From an uncultured delta proteobacterium (GTDB taxonomy: Bacteria > Myxococcota_A > UBA9160 > UBA4427), in contig CAWGJT010000014.1 in the NCBI GenBank assembly GCA_963822965.1, forward strand, positions 160,001 to 224,000: a stretch of 64,000 bases of DNA, in the 5' to 3' direction. A program made the position numbers and the translations under genes. The stretch's first letter is position 1; the number at the start of each line of letters is the position of its first letter. Shown here piece by piece: positions 20,178 through 30,798 of the stretch. A model generated the notes under the pieces. That model was not told the origin of the DNA and did not search any database. It saw only the letters and a program-made list of their open reading frames with translations.

Positions 20178-23100
20178 TCCACCTCCCTCTGCGTCTTCGG
20201 GAGCCCGTGTCCCGGGCGGTCGTGGTAGACGCGGTAGTAGGCGACCGGCACCACCACCAGGGTGAAGGCCGTGGACACGAAGAGCCCGAAGATGAGCGAC
20301 CAGGCCAGCCCCGAGAAGATGGGGTCGAGGGCGATCGGGACTGCGGCGAGCATGGCGGTTCCGGCGGTGAGCAGGATCGGCCGGATGCGCACCGTCCCCG
20401 CCTCGATGGTCGCCTCCTCGAGGCTCATCCCCCGCTGCAGCCCGACGTGCAGGAACTCGATCAGCAGGATCGCGTTGCGGACGGCGATGCCCGCCAGCGC
20501 GATCATGCCGATCATGGCCGTCGCCGTGAAGAAGACCGGGTTCGCGTAGCCCCCCACGTCGTCCGCGCCGAACAGCGAGAGCAGCCAGAAGCCGGGCATG
20601 ATGCCGATCATCGTGAGCGGGATCGAGATCATCAGCACCCAGGGCATCGCGTAGCTGCGGGTCTGGTAGACGAGCAGCAGGTAGATGCCGAGGAGCGCGA
20701 TCCCGAACGCGATGCCGAGGTCGCGGAAGACGTCCACCGTGATGTCGATCTCTCCCTCACCGAGCCAGGACACCCGGGTGCCCTCGGGCAGGGACCAGGG
20801 GATGCCGCCCCCGTTCGACAGGAAGGTGCGGCGTCCCAGGGGCCGGGGCTCCCGGGGCGCGGCGATCGGCGGGCGGGGTGTCCGCTTCCACGCGATCCGC
20901 CTCGACGTCCGCGGCCACCTCGGCCGGCGAGCGGCCCACCGGCTCGGCGGTCACGTAGGCGACCGGCAGCAGGTCCTTGTGAAGGATCGCCTTCTCGGCG
21001 TCGGTCTTCTCGAAAGTGCCGAGCTCGCCGAGCCGAACCGTCGGCACCGGGGCGTCCCGGACGCCGCCGGAGTCGCGCTCCTTCACGATTCCCGGCCGCC
21101 CCCGTACCGCCAGCGCGCGCAGCGGCGCGCGTCCCGAGCGCTCGGCGCGCGGCAGCCGCAGCTCGATGGGCAGCGGGTTCGCCTCGCCCGGCACGTGGAG
21201 CGTGCCCGCGCGGCTGCCCTCCAGCGCGAGCTGTACGGTGAGGGCCACGTCCTGGACGGCCACGCCGGAGCGCGCCGCCTTCTCCTGGTCGGTCACGAAG
21301 ACGAGCCTCGTGGAGTCGTCCTCCACCGTGGAGTCCACGTCCTCCACCCCGGGCTCCTGCGCCAGCCGCGCCTCGATTCGCCGCGCCGCGTCGCGAAGCC
21401 TCTGGTAGGGAACGTCCGGCGCGCCGCGAACCTCGGCGACCAGGGTGGCCAGCACCGGCGGTCCCGGCGGCACCTCGACGACGGCGATGCGCACCCCCTC
21501 GTCGGCCGCGATCGCCTGGAGGCGGCTCCGCAGGCGCAGGGCGAGCTCGTGCGACTGCATCTCGCGCTCGCGTTTCGGGACGAGGTTGATGCGCAGGTCC
21601 GCCACGTGCGGTCCCCGCCGCCGCGCGTAGCCCCGCACCAGACCGTTGAAGTCCATGGGCGACGGCAGACCGACGTACATCTCGAGGTCGCGCACCTCGG
21701 GCGCCGCGAGCACCGCCTCCGCGAGGCGCCGGCTCACCGCCTCGGTGCGCTCGAGGGTGGTGCCCTCGGGCGCGTCCACCAGCAGCTGCAGCTCGTTCTT
21801 GTTGTCGAAGGGCAGCATCTTGAGGGGGACGGCGCGCAGCGCCACCAGGCCGATCGCCGCCAGGAAGAGCGCCGCCGTCACGAGGAAGAGGACGCGCGCG
21901 GCGCCGGCCCGGGCGAGGAAGGGCGCGAGCAGCGAGGCGTAGAAGCGGCGCAGCCCCGGCGGCGAGCCGTCCGACTCGGGCGCTTCGCCCGCCGCGGCCG
22001 CGTGCCGACGCAGGGCGTGGTACGCGAGCCAGGGCGTGATCGTGAAGGCGACCACCATCGACATGGTCATGGCCACCGGCACGTTGAGCGCCATGGGACG
22101 CATGTAGGGCCCCATCATTCCCGTGATGAAGTACATCGGCAGGAAGGAGACGATGACGGCCAGGGTCGCGAGCAGGATCGGCGGGCGCACCTCGTTGACG
22201 GCCGTGCGGACCGCTTCCAGGGGCGGCTCCTGCCGCATGCGCAGGTGCCGGTAGACGTTCTCGACGTCGACGATGGGATCGTCCACCACGAGCCCGAGCG
22301 CCAGGATCAGCGCGAAGAGCGTGACCCGGTTGATGGTGTAGCCGGCGACGTGGTTCAGCAGCAAGGTGAGCGCGAACGTCACCGGCACCGCCACGGCCAC
22401 CACCAGGCCCTCGCGCCAGCCCAGGGTGTACGCGATCAGTGCGATCACGATCAGGACGGCGACGGCCAGCGCCTCCAGCAGCTCGTTCACCTTGTCGTTG
22501 GCCGTCTCGCCCTGGTTGCGGGTGATGCGCACGTGGACGCCCTCGGGCAGCAGCACCGGGGCCAGGGCTTCGACGCGCTCGATCACCCGCTCGGCAACGT
22601 CCACGGCGTTGGTGCCGTGCTGCTTGGCGACGCTCACGTGGACGGCGGGCAGGAAGGACGGCGGCTCGTGGTCGCCGGGCTCGGCGGGGCCGAACGCGAT
22701 CCAGGTGTAGCTCTGGTTCTCGGCCGGCCCGTCCATCACCCGGGCCACGTCGGTGAGGAAGACCGGAATGCCGTCGACCACGTTCACCACGGATCGCTCG
22801 AGCGCGGGCACGTCGGCGAAGAAGTCGCCGGCGTCCACCACGCTGAAGGCGTCGGCGTGGTCGAAGCCGCCGGCGGGTGCGCGCAGGTTGGAGACCTCGA
22901 GGGCCCAGGCCACGTCGAGCGCCGACGTCTGCCGCGCCGCCAGGGCGTCCGGCTCGATCTCGACCCGCACCGTCCGCGGTCGACCGCCCACGATCTCGAC
23001 GCGGTTGGTCTCCGTCACCGCCTGCAGCTCGATCTCGAGCTCCTCCGCGATGCGGCGCAGGCCGTAGTCGTCGACGCGCTCGGGATCGTCGCTCCACAGG

Positions 23101-23567
23101 GTGACGATGAGGATCGGCACGTCGTCGATCTCGACGGGCTTGACCACCCAGCTGCGAACCGCCGCGGGAATCTGGTCGACGCCCGAGAGCAGCTTGTTGT
23201 AGAGCTCGAGGAGGCTGTCCTCCCGGTCCTCGCCCACGTAGAAGCGGACCGTCACCACCGCCTGGTTCGGCAGCGAGGTGGAGTAGACGTGTTCGACCCC
23301 CGGGATGCGGGCGAGGAGCTTCTCGACGCGGGAGGCGACGTGACGCTCCACCTCCTCGGCGGGAAGCCCGGGAGCGTGCACGTAGACGTCGGCCATGGGG
23401 ACGACGATCTGGGGCTCCTCCTCGCGAGGCGTCGCCATCAACGCGAAGGCGCCGAGAGCCAGGGACACGGCGATGAGCAGCGGGGCCAGGGAGCCCTGCA
23501 GGAAGACGTCGATGATGCGGGAGAGGACGCCCGGGGAACGGTCTCCGGACGGTTCGCTCGCGCTCAT
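20174..23567 (-). CDS. RND efflux permease (AcrB-like; one frameshift near 20850)
   Basis: TPREEEPQIVVP, INRVTLFALILALGLVVDDPIVDVEN, GMMGPYMRPM, MIGMIALAGIAVRNAILL, RIRPILLTA. Confidence 0.93.
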
Positions 23568-23757
23568 CGTCGGGTCCACCCGCCGCCCGCCGTCGGGCGC
23601 GCCGCGGCGGCTTGGATCCCAGGCGAGGCAGAAGAGGACATCGATGCGGAATCCTGTCGCTGGAGGTGGCGTCCGGCGGATGGATCCGGACGAGGGTGCA
23701 AGTCGTGTGCCCGGCGGGCCCGTGCGGCTCGCGAGCCGTTCGCGTTAAGGTGCTGGC

Positions 23758-25458
23758 GTGCAGCGTCCCGTGGCAGGGCACTCCTTCGGCGCCGATCGCC
23801 TGGCCTGGGCGGGCGTCCTGACCATCGTCCTCGCGGCGGTGCTCTCGGTCTCCTTCGGCAACGGTACCGCTCGGCCGCTGGACGGCCACGAGATCTTCGT
23901 GGCGGAGAGCGCCACCCAGATGCTGGCCCACGGCGAGTACTGGGTCCCGGAGTTCAACGGTCACGTCCGCCTGCAGAAGCCCCCGCTCGCCTACTGGCTG
24001 GCGGCCGGGGTGCACGAGGCGGCGGGGCGGGCATCCCCGGTGGTGGACGAGCTCGAGGCGCGGGTCCCGTCGCTCGTGGCGGGCGGGCTGCTCGTCGTCC
24101 TCACCTTCGTCCTCGGCCGCAGCCTCTTCGGCGACGTGCGCATCGGGTGGCTGGGCGCGGGGGTCTTCGCGACCTGCTTCGACTTCTTCGACTATGCGCG
24201 CAGCGCGCGGCCCGAGATGCTCTACGCGCTCTTCTGCGTCGCCCTCGTGGTGGGCATCGCGACGGCGTGGGCACGCGCGCGGGAGGGGCGGAGCACGCTG
24301 GCGGCGGGTTGCCTGGCGTCCTTCGCGCTCTGCGGCTCGTTGCTCGCCAAGGGTCCACAGCTGCCGGCATTCCTGCTGCTGGCGGCCGGGCTCGCGCTGC
24401 ACACGCGAGGCCGCGAGCACCCGAAGTGGCGGATCTTGCGGCCGGACCTGCTGGCCCTCGGGCTCGTTCCGGCGCTCGTGTACTTCGGCGTGGTGGCGGC
24501 GCGGGTCGACGGGGCGGCGGCGGTCTGGGCCCGGGAGATGGTGCAGGACAAGCCGATCCCCCTGCTGCTGCGGCCCCTGCGCTTCTACTTTCCCGCCACC
24601 CTGGTGATGGGCCTGCTGCCGTGGGTCGCGGGGGTGGCCCTCGCCGGGCTGCAGTCGTGGCGGAGACGCGAGCATCCCGGGGTCTTCCTGCTGGCGGCCT
24701 GCGTCGTGGTCTCGCTCTTCGGTCTGGGCTTCTCGGGCAAGCTGCGCCACCACTACGTGCTGCCCCTGGTGCCGCTCGTCGCGGTGCTGATCGGGTTCGC
24801 GTTCGTGTCGCTGTACGACGAGGCCCGCGAGAACGCGCGCGTCCGCAGGTGGCTGCGGGTGGCCGTCACCGCCCAGGCCGGTCTGATGGGCGGGCTGATC
24901 GTCGCCGCCGCGGTCCAGGCCTGGATGCTGCAGCCGCCCTTCGTGCACGTCGGGACCGGCCGGCTCCTGCCCTGGCTGGTGACCGCGGTCGTCGTGCTCG
25001 TGGCAGGCGTCTGGCGCTGGCGGGTGGGAGACCCCGGGGTCGCGGCTTTGCTGGGCGTGCTCGCCGTCTCGCTCGTGTGGCTGGGCGCGGCCGTCGCCGG
25101 CGCGGACGCCAACCCGCGCTGGATCCTCGCCAAGCGCTTCGCGCTCGAGGTCCGGGCGCTCGCGGGCCCGAGCGAGACGATCTACTTCGACTCGGGCGAG
25201 CGCTCGCCGCTGGTGTACTACGGTCGCTTCCGGCTCGCGGAGTGGCACCTCGGCCGCTGGAAGCTGGATCGCGATCCGCTGGCGCCGCCGCCCCGCTTCG
25301 TCTGCCAGCGCGAGCGCCCGGCAGCGGTCGGCATCCCGGGCGAGATCATCGCCGCGCAGCCGCTCGAGGGACGTTCGGATCGGATGATCCTCTTCCATCC
25401 GACTCCACCCGAGTCGGCGCCGGTGGCGCGGGCGGCGCCGGCTGCCGAGCCCCCGTGA
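23758..25458 (+). CDS. ArnT/PMT-family (GT-C) glycosyltransferase
   Basis: HEIFVAESATQM..GEYWVPEFNGHVRLQKPPLAYWL, ARVPS, ARSARPEM, LAKGP, KLRHHYVLPL. Confidence 0.88.
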   Translation: MQRPVAGHSFGADRLAWAGVLTIVLAAVLSVSFGNGTARPLDGHEIFVAESATQMLAHGEYWVPEFNGHVRLQKPPLAYWLAAGVHEAAGRASPVVDELEARVPSLVAGGLLVVLTFVLGRSLFGDVRIGWLGAGVFATCFDFFDYARSARPEMLYALFCVALVVGIATAWARAREGRSTLAAGCLASFALCGSLLAKGPQLPAFLLLAAGLALHTRGREHPKWRILRPDLLALGLVPALVYFGVVAARVDGAAAVWAREMVQDKPIPLLLRPLRFYFPATLVMGLLPWVAGVALAGLQSWRRREHPGVFLLAACVVVSLFGLGFSGKLRHHYVLPLVPLVAVLIGFAFVSLYDEARENARVRRWLRVAVTAQAGLMGGLIVAAAVQAWMLQPPFVHVGTGRLLPWLVTAVVVLVAGVWRWRVGDPGVAALLGVLAVSLVWLGAAVAGADANPRWILAKRFALEVRALAGPSETIYFDSGERSPLVYYGRFRLAEWHLGRWKLDRDPLAPPPRFVCQRERPAAVGIPGEIIAAQPLEGRSDRMILFHPTPPESAPVARAAPAAEPP

Positions 25459-26044
25459 GCACGAGGTTCCGGACCTGCACGAAGGGCCCCAGGACGAGCC
25501 CCGCCACGAAGACCGCGTCGGCCAGGTGCAGCGCATAGGCGAGCAGCAGGCCGTTGCCCGCCAGCGAGAGGATCCAGAAGGCCGGTGGGAAGTGGCTCGC
25601 GCCGCTGCGCTCCGAGAACCACCACTGCACGACGAACCGGCTCGTCCAGATGGACTGGCCGACGATCGCGGCGGCGATCCAGGCGAGCGACTCGTCGGCG
25701 TCCAGCCGGACGTCCGCGGCGCCCGCGGCCACCAGCGCCAGCCCGGAGACGATCGCCAGGGGGACGGCCTGGCGCCGCGACAGCGGCCGCGCACCGGCGG
25801 CGCCGGCCCCCAGGTGCAGGTTGCGCAGGTAGATGAGCCCGTTCACCGTGAAGCCGACCAGCAGCACCCAGACGCCGCGATGTGCGGCATAGCCGCCGAG
25901 CAGGAGCGAGCCGGCCAGGGAGAGCAGCCAGAACGTGCGGGGCGCGGCCCGCTCGCGCAGGCGCTCCACGTGCAGCCACTGCACGAGGAAGCGACCGAAG
26001 AAGCAGGCGTTCCCCAGCCATCCCAGCAGCTCGAAGGGCGTCAC
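25346..26044 (-). CDS. Lipid-A-disaccharide synthase N-terminal-domain (LAB_N x2) membrane protein
   Basis: Two repeats of G..F..RF.VQW...E.....P..FW.LSLAG..LL..YA....D/G.VF......Y/Q.RNL. Confidence 0.85.
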   Translation of the reverse strand: MTPFELLGWLGNACFFGRFLVQWLHVERLRERAAPRTFWLLSLAGSLLLGGYAAHRGVWVLLVGFTVNGLIYLRNLHLGAGAAGARPLSRRQAVPLAIVSGLALVAAGAADVRLDADESLAWIAAAIVGQSIWTSRFVVQWWFSERSGASHFPPAFWILSLAGNGLLLAYALHLADAVFVAGLVLGPFVQVRNLVLTGARQPAPPAPPAPTRVESDGRGSSDPNVPRAAARR

Positions 26045-26790
26045 GCGTCGTTCGGTTCGACGAACTCGGGGCGCACGATCCGCGAGCGCATCCAGCGCAC
26101 GGCCAGCAGGTCCTGGAAGGCGCGCCAGGCGCGGTTGCGCACGCCGTACTTGCTGGTCCCGGCCAGCCGCGGGTGGTGCGAGACCGGATGCTCGACGACC
26201 CGGTAGCCGTGGAAGCGCAGCAGGGTGGGAAGGAAGCGGTGCATGCCGTCGAAGAAGGGCAGGCTGCGGACGGCCCCGGTGCGGAAGAGCTTGAGCGAGC
26301 AGCCGGTGTCACGCACGTGGTCGCCGCTCACGGCGTTGCGGACGGCGTTCGCGATGCGGGAGCTCGCCCGGCGCAGCCAGTCGTCGCTCCGCCGGGTGCG
26401 GTAGCCCACCACCGCGTCGTGGTCGGCCAGGACCTCGAGCATGGCGGGCAGGTCGCCCGGGTCGTTCTGGAGGTCGGCGTCCAGGGTGGCGACCAGCGGC
26501 GCGCGCGCGGCCTCGATGCCCACCCGGATGGCGGTGGTCTGGCCGTAGCGGCGCGCCAGCTGCCGTCCGCGCACCCGGGCGTCCTTGGCCGCGAGCTCGC
26601 GGATGACCTGGGCCGTGCGATCCCGGCTGCCGTCGTCCACCAGCACCAGCTCCCAGTCGAGCTGGCTCCCGAACACCTCGAGCACCCGGCCGTAGAGGGC
26701 CGGCAGGCAGTCCTCTTCGTCGTGAGCGGGCACCACCAGCGAGAGCGCCGGCTCCCGGTCCGTTGCCTGGGTCGATGCGGATCCGATCAA
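26041..26790 (-). CDS. GT2 polyprenyl-phosphate glycosyltransferase
   Basis: LSLVVPAHDEE, VDDGSRD, TLDADLQNDP, DTGCSLKLF, GMHRFLP, GTSKYG. The exact start is uncertain. Confidence 0.92.
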   Translation of the reverse strand: MIGSASTQATDREPALSLVVPAHDEEDCLPALYGRVLEVFGSQLDWELVLVDDGSRDRTAQVIRELAAKDARVRGRQLARRYGQTTAIRVGIEAARAPLVATLDADLQNDPGDLPAMLEVLADHDAVVGYRTRRSDDWLRRASSRIANAVRNAVSGDHVRDTGCSLKLFRTGAVRSLPFFDGMHRFLPTLLRFHGYRVVEHPVSHHPRLAGTSKYGVRNRAWRAFQDLLAVRWMRSRIVRPEFVEPNDA

Positions 26791-26971
26791 GCCCGGCCTT
26801 CCTCCGTCCCGCGTCGCCTCCGACCGGTCCTTTCCCGGGAGCGCCGCGCCCCGGGCACGATAGCCCGAAGCGTCGGCGAGGGCCGCGCAGCCGGGGGGCG
26901 GGGCTCGGGGCCGGGGGCGGGCCGGCGGGAGTGCACGCGGGGCGCGCTTCGGCTACGCACTCGACCTTGCG

Positions 26972-28273
26972 ATGACGCCTGCGCCCCGGAGCGACGGCCC
27001 GAGCCGCGGCCGCCTGAAGCCCTACGTCGACTTCTGCGTCGAGCACGTGACGGCGATCGTGCGCGAGATCGGCCCGCGCCCGTCGGCGAGCCCGGCGGAG
27101 CACCGCGCTCAGCAGTACGTCGCCGGGCTGCTGGCCCCCGTGGTCGACGACGTCCAGCTCGAGGCGTTCTCGCTCGCCCCCAAGGCCTTCATGGGCTTCG
27201 TGCCCATCAGCGGCGCGCTGCTGCTGGCGTGCGTCGGGGTCTACTGGTGGTGGCCCCCGCTGGCGCTCCTGTGCGTGGCGGGCGCCGTGGTCCTGCTGGT
27301 CGGAGAGCTCGTCCTCTATCGCCAGCTCGTCGATCCCATCTTCCCGCGCGCCACCTCGCGCAACCTGGTTGCCCGCATCCGCCCCCGCGGCCGGGTCGAG
27401 CGGGTCCTGCTGCTGGGCGGACACTGCGACAGCGCGTACGAGTGGCGCTGGCACTACCTCGGGCCGCTGCCGTTCCGCACGATCGTCGGCGGCACCCTGC
27501 TGGGTGCCGTGGTGGCGCTCGGGGTGACGGGTGCGAGCTCCCTGTTAGAAGGCGGGTCCGCACCGCGCCCCGGAACCGCGGCCGCCGTCTGGGGCCTCGC
27601 GATGGCGGCCTTCTCCCCTTGCTTCCTGCTGGTGATGGCGTTCTCGAACTTCCGCCGCGCCTCCCCCGGCGCGAACGACAACCTGACCGGCGTGCTGCTG
27701 AGCGTCGCCCTCGCGAAGTTCCTGCACGACACGGGCGAGCGCCTGGAGCACACCGAGATCCGTCTTCTCAACACCGGCGCCGAGGAGGCGGGTCTTCGCG
27801 GCGCGGCCGCCTACGCGGAGCGCCACCGCGAGGAGCTGCAGGCGATCCCCAGCCTGTACGTCGCCCTCGATACCTTCCGCGACCTGGACCACATGGCCGT
27901 CTACCACCGGGATCGGAACGGAACCCTGCGTCACCACCCGGACGGCGCCAGCCTGCTGTGTGCCGCCGCGGCGGACGCCGGCTACGCGCTGCCCCTGCGG
28001 ACGCTTCCGCTGGGCGCCTCCGATGCCGCTGCGTTCACGAGTGCCGGACTGCGGGCGATCGCGCTCGTCGCCATGGATCCGGCGCCGCCGCGCTGGTATC
28101 ACACGCGGCTGGATACCCCGGAGCTGCTCGATCCGTCCTGCCTCGAGGCGGGTCTCGAGGTGGTGCTCTCGCTGGTTCGCCGCGTGGACGCCTCGGGGCT
28201 GACGGTCTCCCCGGGCGTCGCCGCCGGCACCGAGCCCGAGAGGCCTCAGGCGCCCGGCCATGCGGGAGACTGA
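26972..28273 (+). CDS. Membrane-anchored M28-family metallopeptidase
   Basis: GGHCDS, PGANDNLTG, TGAEEAGLRG, LDT, YHTRLD zinc ligands; internal TM pairs. Confidence 0.85.
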   Translation: MTPAPRSDGPSRGRLKPYVDFCVEHVTAIVREIGPRPSASPAEHRAQQYVAGLLAPVVDDVQLEAFSLAPKAFMGFVPISGALLLACVGVYWWWPPLALLCVAGAVVLLVGELVLYRQLVDPIFPRATSRNLVARIRPRGRVERVLLLGGHCDSAYEWRWHYLGPLPFRTIVGGTLLGAVVALGVTGASSLLEGGSAPRPGTAAAVWGLAMAAFSPCFLLVMAFSNFRRASPGANDNLTGVLLSVALAKFLHDTGERLEHTEIRLLNTGAEEAGLRGAAAYAERHREELQAIPSLYVALDTFRDLDHMAVYHRDRNGTLRHHPDGASLLCAAAADAGYALPLRTLPLGASDAAAFTSAGLRAIALVAMDPAPPRWYHTRLDTPELLDPSCLEAGLEVVLSLVRRVDASGLTVSPGVAAGTEPERPQAPGHAGD

Positions 28274-28334
28274 GGCGTTGGCCCCGGCCGGAGCGCGCCG
28301 CGACTCCTCCCGGGCGGGCGCGCAGACCGGTCGG

Positions 28335-29435
28335 ATGACCTTGCGCTACGAGACCCTCGCCGCCGAGTGCCACGCCGGGGAGCCTCATCGGGCGTGGCTC
28401 GAAGAGTTTCTCACGCCCTGGTTCGGCGTGGTGGACGGCGGGTCGAAGAGCGACGCCCGGGTCGCCCTGGACCTGGACGACGAGGCCTTCCACCGGTGCC
28501 GGCAGGCGGGACCGTGTCCGGACGGCGGCTCGGCGGACGTCTTCTCCCTCGATGCCGGCATGCAGCGCATGCCCCGCTGGAGCGGGACGAGCGAGGCCCG
28601 GGTGGTCTTCGACGAGGCGCTCGGGGTGTTCTACGCCGTGGACCGGGAGACCGGGAAGACCCGGGTGCGGATCACGAGCGCGTCGGGAAACCGACGCGCT
28701 CGGGTGGCGCTCATGCGCGCCGTGCGCGAGCTCGCCATGAGCGAGGTGCGCGCGAGGGGACATGCGCTGGTGCACGGGGCCGTCGTCGCCACCGGGACCG
28801 GCGGCGCCCTGATCGCGGGACCGAAGCGCGCGGGCAAGACGACGCTCCTCGTGCACGCGCTGCGGGCCGGCGGTCACTTCGTGTCGAACGATCGCGCCGT
28901 GCTCTTCGCGGGGCCGCAGGGGGTCGTCGCCCGCGGCATGCCGACCATCGTTCGCATCCGTCAAGCCACCCTCGACGGGCTGCCCGGCGACCTGCGGGCG
29001 CCGCTCGCGAGCGGTCGCCTCGACCATCTCGCCACCCGGAACGAGATCGCCCGCGGCACGCTGCCGCCGCGCCCGCGTCCGGGGCGGCCGCGCAACTTGT
29101 CGCCCGCCCAGCTGTGCGACTGGCTCTCGGCTCCCGCACGCCGGGAGGTGCCCCTGGCTCGCGTGCTGCTGCTGCGCACGGGGCCGCACCCGGGCGTCGC
29201 GGTGCGCGAGCTGGCTCCCGGGGCGGCCGCGGAACGGCTCGAGGCGTGCGCGTTCGGCCGGCCGGGGGCGGCGTCCGATCTCTTTCCCGGGCCGCCTCCC
29301 GCGTCGTCTCCGGCGGCGGACCCGGCGCGCACCTACCGCGATCTCGCGAAGGGCGTCCGCTGCCTGGAGCTCGAGCTGGGGATCGGAACCGCCGCGCCGC
29401 GGATCGCCGAGGCGCTGGCGTCGATTCTCAGCTGA
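28335..29435 (+). CDS. HPr kinase-related P-loop kinase
   Basis: VHGAVV...GALIAGPKRAGKTTL...FVSNDRAVL (His, Walker A, xD pair). The start may be 28260. Confidence 0.75.
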   Translation: MTLRYETLAAECHAGEPHRAWLEEFLTPWFGVVDGGSKSDARVALDLDDEAFHRCRQAGPCPDGGSADVFSLDAGMQRMPRWSGTSEARVVFDEALGVFYAVDRETGKTRVRITSASGNRRARVALMRAVRELAMSEVRARGHALVHGAVVATGTGGALIAGPKRAGKTTLLVHALRAGGHFVSNDRAVLFAGPQGVVARGMPTIVRIRQATLDGLPGDLRAPLASGRLDHLATRNEIARGTLPPRPRPGRPRNLSPAQLCDWLSAPARREVPLARVLLLRTGPHPGVAVRELAPGAAAERLEACAFGRPGAASDLFPGPPPASSPAADPARTYRDLAKGVRCLELELGIGTAAPRIAEALASILS

Positions 29436-30798
29436 CGGCGACGGCCGCCGCGGCCCGCGCTCGCTTCGTGGACTGCCGCTCGTCGAGCCAGCGGCGGGCC
29501 CGGTCGGGATAGAAGGCCAGGGTGACCAGGTCGTAGACGAGGCGGCCTTCGTCCGAGAGCGCGACGCGCCGACCGTCGTCGTCGACGAGGGCGGCTCGCC
29601 GGAGACGCTCGAGGGCCTCACCGAAGTCGGCGTCGAGGTCGGAGCCCACGGTGTCCCGATACCCGGTGCGATCGAGCACGCCTCCGTCTCCGAGGGTGCG
29701 TGCGACCAGCAGGGTCTTGCGGTCCTGGGGCTCGAGGGAGAAGACCTGGGTGACCGGGCTCTCGCCGCGTTCGACGCGCGCGACGTAGGAGCCCGAGCGA
29801 TCGTCGTTGCGGTAGACGTGGTGCCCCAGGTGCGAGACCGCGCTCACCCCCAGGCCGATCTGGCGCCCGGGTCCGAAGCCCTCGGCACAGGGGGCGCGGT
29901 CGAAGCCCGTGGCGGGCCGTCCCGCCCGCACGAAGGTGTGCCAGCGCCGCTGCTCGAATCCCAGCTCCCGGGCGGTGCGCTCGACGAAGGAGCGCCACCC
30001 CACCAGTCGCGCGAGATCGAGCCGTTCGACCTCGCGCATCGCCGTCGCCACCGGGGTTCGTTCGTTGAGGCGCAGGTTGTACACGCTCACGGAGTGGACG
30101 CCGCGCTCGGCCGCGCGCTCGAGGTCGCGGGCGAAGCTCTCGTGGCTCTGGCCCGGGAGACCGTAGATGAGGTCGACGTTCACGTGGAAGCCCGCTTCCA
30201 CCAGGAGGTCGCAGGCCGCGAGGGCGGTCGCCGCGTCGTGACGCCGACGAATGGTGTCGAGCACACCGTCCTCGAGGCTCTCGATTCCCATGCTGAGCCG
30301 CTCGATCCCGCGCGCGCGAAGCACCGCCACGTGCTCGCGCGAGATGGATTCGGGCGAGCACTCGACGGTGGCGGACGCGCCCGGCTGCCGGGGCATGCGG
30401 CTCAGCACCGCCGCGAGCGCGCGGTCGAGCAGGGCCGGGGGCAGGGCGGTCGGCGTTCCGCCGCCGACGTAGAGCTGCGCGAGGGGCGTGCCGGGCTCGA
30501 CCTCGTCGAGCTCGTGCTCGAGGGCGTCCACGTAGCGCTCCATTTCCTGGAGCGAGCTCCCCACGCGCTTCACGTAGAAGCAGAAGCTGCAGGCGTAGTT
30601 GCAGAACGGAACGTGCAGGTAGACCTTGAGAGCGCCCGGGCCCGGGCTCACCCGTTCGGCGGCCGGCCGGGTGGCGAAGGCCGGGGCCGAGAGCGGATAC
30701 ACGTGGGCGGCCTCGTAGGCGATGCGGCGCGCGCCGCCCACCGCCGCCTCGATGCGGTGCAGAAGGTCCTGGTGACTCCGGCCTTCGGCGTCAGCCAA
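29428..30798 (-). CDS. HemN-like (class C) radical SAM protein
   Basis: YLHVPFCNYACSFC (CxxxCxxC), YVGGGTPT, RLSMGIES, NVDLIYGLPGQ, IGLGVSAVS; TTG start overlaps the upstream stop. Confidence 0.88.
   Translation of the reverse strand: MADAEGRSHQDLLHRIEAAVGGARRIAYEAAHVYPLSAPAFATRPAAERVSPGPGALKVYLHVPFCNYACSFCFYVKRVGSSLQEMERYVDALEHELDEVEPGTPLAQLYVGGGTPTALPPALLDRALAAVLSRMPRQPGASATVECSPESISREHVAVLRARGIERLSMGIESLEDGVLDTIRRRHDAATALAACDLLVEAGFHVNVDLIYGLPGQSHESFARDLERAAERGVHSVSVYNLRLNERTPVATAMREVERLDLARLVGWRSFVERTARELGFEQRRWHTFVRAGRPATGFDRAPCAEGFGPGRQIGLGVSAVSHLGHHVYRNDDRSGSYVARVERGESPVTQVFSLEPQDRKTLLVARTLGDGGVLDRTGYRDTVGSDLDADFGEALERLRRAALVDDDGRRVALSDEGRLVYDLVTLAFYPDRARRWLDERQSTKRARAAAAVAVS

Noticed and set aside
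20632..25794. Very long ORFs (1720 aa minus, 1617 aa plus; likewise 103-3633, 30938-34096, 35223-39116, 46935-50006, 60805-63897)
   Set aside because: These are shadow or alternative frames of real genes in high-GC DNA, rich in Arg/Gly/Pro. Only the motif-bearing portions were kept.
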